DNA of 64,000 nt from assembly GCA_013287965.1 (NCBI GenBank), contig JABDCU010000003.1, forward strand, positions 4,231 to 68,230, written 5' to 3'. Below, piece by piece: positions 45,352 through 51,837 of the stretch; within the stretch, counting starts at the first letter, position 1, and the number at the start of each line of letters is the position of its first letter. This stretch comes from Candidatus Omnitrophota bacterium (lineage in GTDB: Bacteria; Omnitrophota; Gorgyraeia; Zapsychrales; Fredricksoniimonadaceae). A program made the position numbers and the translations under genes. The notes beneath the pieces are model-generated. The model was given only the letters and a program-made list of their open reading frames with translations, did no database searches and was not told the DNA's origin.

Positions 45352-46185
45352 TTACTTCTTTGCACTTCGAGCGATAGTTTTCCCTTCTGAACTTAGCCGG
45401 CGTTGTAATTTCTTGATATCTTCTTCAGCAGGTAACTCTTCCGGTTTAATACCACTTTTGCCTAAAAGGGCTCGAACATCCTTGTTATTTTTGACATGTT
45501 CATCTGTAATGACTGATTCGCCCTTTAAATTGTTCTTTTTGGAATTAAAACTGGTTATTTCAGTTGCCAGATCTTTGGCTTTAATAGTTATCGTTGGTAA
45601 AAAGTCAGCTATAGGACGCTTTTCCGGAATTTTGAGCTTTTTCTTCATTTCAAGGGTTGTATGTCCTCCAAAGAGCGCTTCATCACCTTTACTGCGCAAT
45701 CTGGCAAATCCTTGGCCATCTACTCCCCTCTCATAAAGAACCCCTGATAATTCATGCTCCGTTTGAGATAATTTTTGGCGGGCGTGTACTCTTTCTACAA
45801 GCGCTATGCGCTCCTCCAAGATCTCTTGCTTACGCGTCTGAATGGCAAAATAGCTTTGGGCAAAGGCAATTTGTTCTTTGCGTGGGTCGCCGTTTTGGGC
45901 GATTAGATAGCAGGCGTAACGGGTTAACATTATATCATCGACTTTTCTTTGAGCTCCTTTAGCTAAATCGATCATTTTGTTGACGTCAACAAAATGATCG
46001 GCAATGTTTTGTTTCGACTTAAAACATGCTGTTTTAGCCTTATCAATCACCAAAACAAAATTACGCCATTCGGCGTAATCTAAGAGCGCCTGTAGGTCTC
46101 GCGCCATCCAATATTCAACTCCATTATGAGAATGCGAAGACTCTTCAAACGTTTTGTTTAATTTAACGATGATTTCAGTTTTCAT
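45352..46185 (-). CDS. dinD: DNA damage-inducible protein D family
   Basis: [51 protein letters not shown]. Confidence 0.8.
   Translation of the reverse strand: MKTEIIVKLNKTFEESSHSHNGVEYWMARDLQALLDYAEWRNFVLVIDKAKTACFKSKQNIADHFVDVNKMIDLAKGAQRKVDDIMLTRYACYLIAQNGDPRKEQIAFAQSYFAIQTRKQEILEERIALVERVHARQKLSQTEHELSGVLYERGVDGQGFARLRSKGDEALFGGHTTLEMKKKLKIPEKRPIADFLPTITIKAKDLATEITSFNSKKNNLKGESVITDEHVKNNKDVRALLGKSGIKPEELPAEEDIKKLQRRLSSEGKTIARSAKK
45970..45999. repeat. perfect 30-bp palindrome inside dinD
   Basis: GATCATTTTGTTGACGTCAACAAAATGATC (codes for [11 protein letters not shown]). Confidence 0.9.
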
Positions 46186-46221
46186 TTAATATCCCCTTTT
46201 GGATAACTATGTTTTGACATT

Positions 46222-46419
46222 TTAGGCATCAATCTGTGGCGTTGAAGCTTTCCCCCTCATCACGCCGGATAATTCGAACCCCACAACATCAAGACTGGAT
46301 TCTCTTAATTTCAAGAATTTCTCCAATTCTTCTTTAATTTCTTCCAGTGAAGGTGGTTTTTTAGATTTGATCTTTCTTTTTTGGGGAGATTTGTTTCTTT
46401 TGACCTTATGCAGTGTCAT
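46222..46419 (-). CDS. hypothetical 65-aa Lys-rich protein
   Basis: AGGAGG SD 6 nt upstream; probably co-transcribed with dinD (36-nt gap with its own SD). Confidence 0.45.
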   Translation of the reverse strand: MTLHKVKRNKSPQKRKIKSKKPPSLEEIKEELEKFLKLRESSLDVVGFELSGVMRGKASTPQIDA

Positions 46420-46534
46420 TGTCGCCTCCTATTTAATAAAGGGAATTAGAAATAAGAAGCGGCAGGATGGTACGGTCAGAGTGCTTCCTTACTTATTTTC
46501 CATCTTTACGTTGTAAAGTCAAATTATTTTTGTA
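46420..46534 (-). promoter_or_regulatory. conserved promoter + structured leader module, copy L1
   Basis: Minus strand TTGACT-TTACAACGTAAAGATG-GAAAAT, then GGAAGC...GCTTCT hairpin, then AGGAGG SD. Confidence 0.5.
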
Positions 46535-46553
46535 CTACTAAGGAGAATGACAA

Positions 46554-46610
46554 GCGAAACCACCGCCGCACCAGAGAAAAACCACCGTTGCGTTCATCTA
46601 CAAGGGCTGG
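46554..46610 (+). repeat. 57-nt conserved island element, copy 6
   Basis: GCGAAACCACCGCCGCACCAGAGAAAAACCACCGTTGCGTTCATCTACAAGGGCTGG. Confidence 0.85.
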
Positions 46611-46620
46611 AATAATTTGT

Positions 46621-46983
46621 TTACATTTTTTTGCTCATCGGATGGACTTCCATTATTTCAATGGATGATTCCGGGATCTGCAAATGTGGGTGTTTTTTAA
46701 AAGGCTCTACAGCAGCTTCATGAGATTCAGCTTCTATGAAGGAATACAGGCAAATTTCATTTTTATGATCAGAAATACCGCTGGATGTGAGTTTTTTTGT
46801 CTTTCCGCCGACTTCGGTGAGTTTGATCATATGATAATGTTTGCTCATCCAATCATCCCATTCTTTACGCATTTTATCTTCGGATGCTTTTCTGGTTTCC
46901 GGATCTGTCTTTGCCCAGTTTGCCATTACTGCCGGTGGAACCTGGTAAATTACGATGAATTTCTTTAAATTTGGATTGCTCAT
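46621..46983 (-). CDS. hypothetical 120-aa protein
   Basis: AAAGGA SD; no recognised motif. Confidence 0.5.
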   Translation of the reverse strand: MSNPNLKKFIVIYQVPPAVMANWAKTDPETRKASEDKMRKEWDDWMSKHYHMIKLTEVGGKTKKLTSSGISDHKNEICLYSFIEAESHEAAVEPFKKHPHLQIPESSIEIMEVHPMSKKM

Positions 46984-47042
46984 TTATATAATCCTTTCAA
47001 TTTTGTTTAATAATGGTAACACACAATTCGATGGATTTAAAA

Positions 47043-47396
47043 TTATGTTAGCCTAACTTTATTCTTGGAAAGGTACATTTGCAGAGCGTTAATAATAACG
47101 TTATTAAGGTTCATTTTCTTTACTTGTGCGTAAATAACGGCCTTCCTGTGAAGTTCAGGGCCAGTTCTGACATTAAATGACCCTTTAAATGGCTTCTCAG
47201 GAACCCAATTTTGGTTCTTACAATCATCTAAGTATTCATCCACAGCCTCATGAAAAGCTTTCCTTATAGAAGCGACATTATGGCCCTCGTAACTGTATAA
47301 GCCTCTAATATACTCAATTTTTCCATAAAGACAATCATCTTCATCGCTGTAATGAACGGACCCGTAGTATTCCTTGTATTTCATCATGTCTATCAT
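47043..47396 (-). CDS. hicB: HicB-family antitoxin
   Basis: YKEYYGSVHYSDEDDCLYGKI...FKGSFNVRTGPELHRKA; ATGA overlap with hicA. Confidence 0.8.
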   Translation of the reverse strand: MIDMMKYKEYYGSVHYSDEDDCLYGKIEYIRGLYSYEGHNVASIRKAFHEAVDEYLDDCKNQNWVPEKPFKGSFNVRTGPELHRKAVIYAQVKKMNLNNVIINALQMYLSKNKVRLT

Positions 47397-47638
47397 ATGA
47401 GTTTCTCCTCTTTCAGTGCTGTATAAATCAGATCAATTTGATATTTTTTTAGAATACTTCTTGGATGCGGTTCATGTAGCCTGATTGTTGTATATTGTGT
47501 ATGCACAAATTTTCTTTTTGAACCACTACCCGTAATTTCTGTATAGCCAAAATGATTTAAAAACCTTGCTAACTCATCCCAAGAAAAATCCTTGGGTTTT
47601 GTTGTAAATCGAGCAATGAGTTTCTCTATAGTGCTCAT
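47393..47638 (-). CDS. hicA: HicA-family mRNA interferase toxin
   Basis: FSWDELARFLNHFGYTEITGSGSKRKFVH; start set to ATG 47638 (GAGAGGTGG SD). Confidence 0.8.
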   Translation of the reverse strand: MSTIEKLIARFTTKPKDFSWDELARFLNHFGYTEITGSGSKRKFVHTQYTTIRLHEPHPRSILKKYQIDLIYTALKEEKLI

Positions 47639-47718
47639 AATAAGTATACCACCTCTCTGGTTTAATGCAACTATATTTAGTTGCATATTGAGATTCCAAA
47701 ATGGAAGATCAAATAAGA

Positions 47719-47757
47719 TCAGGTAATTTCAACCCGTGACAATTTGTCACGACCTGA
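47719..47757. promoter_or_regulatory. nested palindrome upstream of hicAB (operator or terminator)
   Basis: TCAGGT ... CGTGACAA-T-TTGTCACG ... ACCTGA. Confidence 0.4.
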
Positions 47758-47761
47758 CTTA

Positions 47762-47824
47762 TTAACTTTTGAAAACAGCTACTTTGGTTAAAACGCCTTG
47801 GTGGGATTTGCTTTGTGGGTTCAT
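47762..47824 (-). CDS. possible 20-aa micro-ORF behind leader copy L2
   Basis: GAGGAGG SD, ATG 47824: MNPQSKSHQGVLTKVAVFKS; may be non-coding. Confidence 0.2.
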   Translation of the reverse strand: MNPQSKSHQGVLTKVAVFKS

Positions 47825-47937
47825 GACCGCCTCCTCATTTAAAGTGGATTATTAAACAGAAGCGGTAGGACGGTACGATTAGGATGCTTCTTTACTTATT
47901 TTCCATCTTTACGTTATAAAGTCAAATAATTTTTGTA
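47825..47937 (-). promoter_or_regulatory. conserved promoter + structured leader module, copy L2
   Basis: Aligns with 46420-46534 over the whole length; hairpin AGAAGC...GCTTCT. Confidence 0.5.
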
Positions 47938-48060
47938 GCAAAAACAGAGCTTGATCTTTCTGGTCATGAATCCTTCCTGTCCTCGGGCTTTAAGTAGCAG
48001 TAAAGATTCTCGACCTTTTCGCGGGCCCACGGGGTGCGGCGCAGGAATACCAGGCTGGAT

Positions 48061-48210
48061 TTATTTAGATAGGGCCCAGACGTTTTTGGAGGTGGCTTTG
48101 GCGTTTTTCAGAATGCCTTTGGCGCGCAGTTGGGTGGCGGCCCAATAGGAGCCGTTTAATTCTTTGAGTGCTTCAACGATCCAGTCGCATAGGTCTAGGC
48201 GGGTTTTCAT
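48061..48210 (-). CDS. 49-aa ORF, possibly a truncated winged-helix (Mrr-N-like) remnant
   Basis: Below track cutoff; ATGA overlap with DUF1653 gene; MKTRLDLCDWIVEALKELNGSYWAATQLRAKGILKNAKATSKNVWALSK. Confidence 0.35.
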   Translation of the reverse strand: MKTRLDLCDWIVEALKELNGSYWAATQLRAKGILKNAKATSKNVWALSK

Positions 48211-48428
48211 AAGAAACGAAATCGGGGTACGGACTCACCATTTACGGTCACATTTTCCTTAAACATTGCCAATGGCCGGGCCCAAAGCGTGCCCTCGGGG
48301 AAATCGCCTTTGTAGAGCGCTTTATAGATCACCATCGGTTCACGCGTTTCGGTGTGAATGGCGACATCCAGCACTTCGTAGCGCTTGCCTTTGTAGTGTT
48401 CGTAGATGCCTTTTTGGATTTGATCCAT
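48207..48428 (-). CDS. DUF1653 family protein
   Basis: YEHYKGKRYEVLDVAIHTETREPMVIYKALY...WARPLAMF. Confidence 0.7.
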   Translation of the reverse strand: MDQIQKGIYEHYKGKRYEVLDVAIHTETREPMVIYKALYKGDFPEGTLWARPLAMFKENVTVNGESVPRFRFL

Positions 48429-48435
48429 TGTTTAT

Positions 48436-48957
48436 TTATTTTATAGACATGCCGACCAGGCCAATGATCAACCCTATGCTCCCTAAAAAAAGCCCTAATA
48501 TGGGAAATAATTTCTTACGTGAAATAAAATAAAGTGAGCTTAAAATTACCGCGATCTCAAGCAATGCCTCCGCAAGATCAAAATATCCGGCTTTACGATG
48601 AGCAACTTCCCCTTCTCTGGTCTTTTGGTCAGCTTCGGTTTTGATCTCTTCCAACTCTTTACCATATTTGTTTGATTGCTTGTCATAATTTGAAAGGGTT
48701 TTTGATGTTTCTATGCTGCCTGGCGCCAAAAGTTTGATCAAATCAGTGTTCATTTCCACTTGATAGGCCCGTATGCGTTTAGCTTGATAATGGGCCCAGG
48801 CATTGCTGGTTTCATTACTAAACAGAAGCGTATTGGTATGTTCGCGATGGGCAAAAATAGTAAAAATACTCAGCAATACCGCTAGAATAGCCGTTTGAAT
48901 GCCAATTAATTTTCCTAATGAATCATGTGGATTGATCTCAGGAGACTCCATTTCCAT
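48436..48957 (-). CDS. DUF4337 family membrane protein
   Basis: N-terminal TM, NAWAHYQAKRIRAYQ coiled region, C-terminal TM pair. Confidence 0.6.
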   Translation of the reverse strand: MEMESPEINPHDSLGKLIGIQTAILAVLLSIFTIFAHREHTNTLLFSNETSNAWAHYQAKRIRAYQVEMNTDLIKLLAPGSIETSKTLSNYDKQSNKYGKELEEIKTEADQKTREGEVAHRKAGYFDLAEALLEIAVILSSLYFISRKKLFPILGLFLGSIGLIIGLVGMSIK

Positions 48958-48969
48958 CCTATCCTCCTT

Positions 48970-49314
48970 TTAATTTTTATCCTCGACATGGAACGAATGA
49001 AGCATCCTGTGCACAATGGGAGTAAAAATAATCCCCATGACAGCAATGAACATCAATCCGCTAAAAAGAGCATAGATCGAGGCAAAAACTTTTGCACCCG
49101 TCCCGGTCAATTGATCTACCGGGCCCATGCCTCCCAAGATCATTGATGCGTTAAGCAAGGAGTCGATCCAACTGAGCTTGGCGATCCAATGATACCCGGC
49201 GATCCCAATAGCCAAGGCGGCACTGATCAATAGCAGGGCGAATCCAACATAAAGGAACACTCTGCCTAGAAAAACCGGAGTAGGGACTATTTTTTCATGT
49301 TTACGTTCGAGCAT
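48970..49314 (-). CDS. small ion-channel-like membrane protein (degenerate K+-channel pore)
   Basis: TM - SWIDSLLNASMILGGMGPVD (resembles WxDAxYFxxxTxTTVGYGD pore helix/filter) - TM. Confidence 0.4.
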   Translation of the reverse strand: MLERKHEKIVPTPVFLGRVFLYVGFALLLISAALAIGIAGYHWIAKLSWIDSLLNASMILGGMGPVDQLTGTGAKVFASIYALFSGLMFIAVMGIIFTPIVHRMLHSFHVEDKN

Positions 49315-49339
49315 TTTTTACAATTCTACTCTTTAGCAC

Positions 49340-50152
49340 TCATTTGGACAAGTCTAAAGTCTGGATGGCAAGGTAGGTATCTATTCTGCGCAGCCATCCT
49401 TGGAGCCATCGATCTTCATGTTTGTTGTTGGAGGCATTGAATACCCGGTGCATTAATATAGTCTTGGCAGACCTGACGAATTCTTCCAAAGCTTCTTTTG
49501 ACGTCGAGGTGTCATGCATTCCTTGCAATACCTGCAATAATCCCCAACCCTCGCCTTCAAAATCATCGGCCTGTCCAATGCCCGGCCCTTTAAAATTGAT
49601 GTAATCAATAACCGCGTATAAACCTTGCGGATCATTGGTAAGTTGGGAGAGGATCTTAGTTATGCGTAAACGTTGATCTTCAGGCGCCACCGCAATTATT
49701 TTGTCCAATGAACGTTTTGAATTTTCAATGAGATAATTGGTCTGGCAATCCTTTGTCCTGGTCATGAAGTCCAGCATGTCCTTATACTCTTGACTCCCTT
49801 TGCTGTTAAGGAATTGCTCTCTGTTGCTCCAGGGACAGGCGGGAAAAGGGGTTTTATTGAGCCAATCAGGAAGATGCTCCCCTGCCTCTTTAGCGTACTG
49901 AAGATAAGAGTTAAAGGCCTCGTTGGCATTATTAGGGGAATTGGCAGGATACCAGGTGAAATGTTCCAGGCCTAAAGATAAGAATTCCTCGCCCGGGTTC
50001 CACTCGAGCAAACAACCTATTTCTACATCGCACTCATTTTTAAATACACGTTGAGCTACCCCTAAGGTGTCTGCTTTGGAGATTTCAAACGCTTTCGAAT
50101 CATTAATAACGCAAAGTGCCATGAAGAATAGACCCAAGAGCGTTTTGGTCAT
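49340..50152 (-). CDS. exported 270-aa protein of unknown function
   Basis: Signal peptide MTKTLLGLFFMALCVINDSKA; EGEGWGLLQV motif faintly reminiscent of lytic transglycosylases. Confidence 0.5.
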   Translation of the reverse strand: MTKTLLGLFFMALCVINDSKAFEISKADTLGVAQRVFKNECDVEIGCLLEWNPGEEFLSLGLEHFTWYPANSPNNANEAFNSYLQYAKEAGEHLPDWLNKTPFPACPWSNREQFLNSKGSQEYKDMLDFMTRTKDCQTNYLIENSKRSLDKIIAVAPEDQRLRITKILSQLTNDPQGLYAVIDYINFKGPGIGQADDFEGEGWGLLQVLQGMHDTSTSKEALEEFVRSAKTILMHRVFNASNNKHEDRWLQGWLRRIDTYLAIQTLDLSK

Positions 50153-50161
50153 TCTTATTCA

Positions 50162-50551
50162 CTACTTTCTTTTGGGAGTTGGTTTCTTTTTGGTGACTGC
50201 TTTTTTTACTGTAGCTGCCTTCTTTTTGGCTTTAGGCGCTGCTTGCAGAATATTAACTTGAGGCTTCTCATCAACCTTTATCCCTGATAATTTGATGACC
50301 TTGCGGCGGGAAAAGCAGTCCTGGCAATAGACAGGCCGGTCGCCGCTGGGCTTGAAAGGAATAGAACATTCTTTTTTACAATCCGCGCAAATGGCTTTGT
50401 GCATCACCCTTGTGTTGTTATGATCGTTGTGTTTGGCGGGCAATGAAGGCGCTATCAAAGTGTCCACCTTTTTGTCGATCAGAGTAAGAAGGGCCTGTAT
50501 TTTATTGATCGATTCCAACATATCTGTTTCATTCTTCAAAGATTGTCTCAT
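50162..50551 (-). CDS. zinc-ribbon protein with Lys/Ala-rich histone-H1-like tail
   Basis: CADCKKECSIPFKPSGDRPVYCQDCF; C-terminus KAKKKAATVKKAVTKKKPTPKRK. Confidence 0.55.
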   Translation of the reverse strand: MRQSLKNETDMLESINKIQALLTLIDKKVDTLIAPSLPAKHNDHNNTRVMHKAICADCKKECSIPFKPSGDRPVYCQDCFSRRKVIKLSGIKVDEKPQVNILQAAPKAKKKAATVKKAVTKKKPTPKRK

Positions 50552-50669
50552 GCTTATCTCCCGCTAAATTGATTTTTTATAGCCATACCTCGGTACAATT
50601 GATTCATTTTGAGTCTACACTAGAATGTTATTCAAGAATAGATAATTTTTATTATAGACAGGAGAGTTT

Positions 50670-50927
50670 ATGAAAATCAGGATTTTTATGTTTTTGATCT
50701 TAGGGATAGGTGCGGCGGGAATTTGTTTTTCACAATCCAATCCCTCTAATAATTCAGAGACTAATGTGGAGACTAACGCGAATACGGCAATAAACGTATA
50801 CACAAACGAAGACAAGAACGCCGGCGTGACCACCAGCATGAACGGTAATACAAGCACTGCTTCCGGGGGATCTATTTCAAGCACTTCATCAGGTTCAGAG
50901 AGCAGAAAAACATCCGGCAGCAATTAA
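50670..50927 (+). CDS. exported 85-aa Asn/Ser/Thr-rich protein
   Basis: AGGAGAG SD 5 nt upstream; signal peptide MKIRIFMFLILGIGAAGICFS; preferred over the antisense 102-aa ORF. Confidence 0.5.
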   Translation: MKIRIFMFLILGIGAAGICFSQSNPSNNSETNVETNANTAINVYTNEDKNAGVTTSMNGNTSTASGGSISSTSSGSESRKTSGSN

Positions 50928-50934
50928 AAGGTTC

Positions 50935-50958
50935 AATCCCGGTACTTTTTGTCCTTAA
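50935..50958 (+). repeat. 24-nt direct repeat, left copy (copy of the TPR gene 3' end)
   Basis: AATCCCGGTACTTTTTGTCCTTAA identical to 51840-51863. Confidence 0.9.
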
Positions 50959-51002
50959 AAAATCGGAACACATTACCTTTTTCAATAAGTCAATGTGTCC
51001 CG
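50957..51002 (-). terminator. terminator of the transposase gene
   Basis: Minus strand CGGGACACATT-17 nt-AATGTGTTCCG (11 bp, one G-U) + ATTTTTT; left arm overlaps last codons. Confidence 0.7.
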
Positions 51003-51667
51003 GTTTTTTTAGGACGTCCGTTAGGTTTTGGTTTTAAAACTTCTGCCTTGATGCCAAGCTTCCCTGCTAATGATCCAAGAAAACAGTCTTCTCCTAGGGG
51101 CAAACCGTTCAAATTTCGCTTTCTAATTTCCTTTAATATGCCTTCTGCTTCCGGCTTAATCAAATACTCTTTCCAATCCCCCACTAGTGGTACAGCAGGA
51201 CAATAAGAAAGCAGAGAATCTTCCACTGCGTTTACATGGTTTCGAGCGCTTGACCATAAATAATCCCATGCTTTTTCAACCATTCCTGCCCGGACGGGAT
51301 TGTTCTCAACATAACGCAATGTTCTAATAAGATAAGCTTCATCCATGACAAAGCTAATAAACCTTCCTTGCCATAAGTAGCCACGCCAGTCATACCGCGT
51401 ATTGATATGACATGTAAAGCGCCGATTTGTTTCTGCCACTGCTTTAGCCAATCCTTCTTGTGTTTTTGGAACCAAAATTAAATGGACATGATTGTCCATT
51501 AAACAATATGCCCAGACTTCGACATTGTATTTATCGACCTGTTTTTTGAGCAGTTTAAGATAAAGGATCTTGTCACCGGGATAAAAGAAGACCTGCTGAC
51601 GACGGTTTCCACGTTGGATTACATGATGCGGTTGTCCAGGAATTACGATTCGATGCTTTCTTGACAT
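50990..51667 (-). CDS. Y1 (HUH) transposase, REP-associated tyrosine transposase / IS200-like family
   Basis: HHVIQRGN, HUH motif DNHVHLIL, catalytic-Tyr helix LRYVENNPVRAGMV. Confidence 0.8.
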   Translation of the reverse strand: MSRKHRIVIPGQPHHVIQRGNRRQQVFFYPGDKILYLKLLKKQVDKYNVEVWAYCLMDNHVHLILVPKTQEGLAKAVAETNRRFTCHINTRYDWRGYLWQGRFISFVMDEAYLIRTLRYVENNPVRAGMVEKAWDYLWSSARNHVNAVEDSLLSYCPAVPLVGDWKEYLIKPEAEGILKEIRKRNLNGLPLGEDCFLGSLAGKLGIKAEVLKPKPNGRPKKTGTH

Positions 51668-51670
51668 ACT

Positions 51671-51692
51671 CCCCCCTTTTGTTTTTAGGGGG
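51671..51692 (-). promoter_or_regulatory. SD-sequestering hairpin in the transposase leader
   Basis: mRNA CCCCC-uaaaaacaaaa-GGGGGG-AGU-AUG. Confidence 0.5.
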
Positions 51693-51753
51693 ATTAGTGG
51701 TTAATTTTAAAAATTAATTTTATGAAATCCTGGGGGAAGGATTGATTAGAATA

Positions 51754-51782
51754 AGATTAGCGCTTTTAGGGGTTTGGTGCAA
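51754..51782 (-). promoter_or_regulatory. conserved promoter module, copy P3
   Basis: Minus strand AAAAAGCTTGCAC, 17 nt incl. CTAAAAGCGC, TAATCT. Confidence 0.5.
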
Positions 51783-51801
51783 GCTTTTTAATGGGGGAAC
51801 G

Positions 51802-51832
51802 AAAAACTGGGACATAAAAGTCAATGTGTCCC
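51802..51832 (-). terminator. terminator after the TPR gene
   Basis: Minus strand GGGACA-12 nt-TGTCCC then AGTTTTT. Confidence 0.5.
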
Positions 51833-51837
51833 GGTTT

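Noticed and set aside
45413-45962. Plus-strand ORFs antisense to dinD
   Set aside because: The DinD frame is full length with family motifs, while the antisense products are low complexity.
37791-46610. Interpretation of the 57-nt elements and same-orientation small genes as an integron cassette array (attC sites / CALIN)
   Set aside because: The elements lack the RYYYAAC...GTTRRRY inverted core sites and the imperfect-palindrome organisation of attC. Cassettes carry their own promoters and terminators, and no intI-type tyrosine recombinase is present in the window.
42014-46610. Micro-ORF MNATVVFLWCGGGF... starting at the ATG inside the 57-nt element (minus strand)
   Set aside because: The frame is not conserved between copies: a 1-nt indel and GTG in copy 37791, and substitutions in 44839. 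Continuations after the element are unrelated (19, 30 and 58 codons), and no SD precedes the ATG.
47951-48148. Plus-strand 65-aa ORF
   Set aside because: It is antisense to the 49-aa ORF that is translationally coupled (ATGA) to the DUF1653 gene, and it has no SD.
50615-50923. Minus-strand 102-aa ORF overlapping the + strand 85-aa ORF
   Set aside because: The + strand ORF has a good SD and a canonical signal peptide. The minus ORF has neither and would read through the operon's upstream control region.
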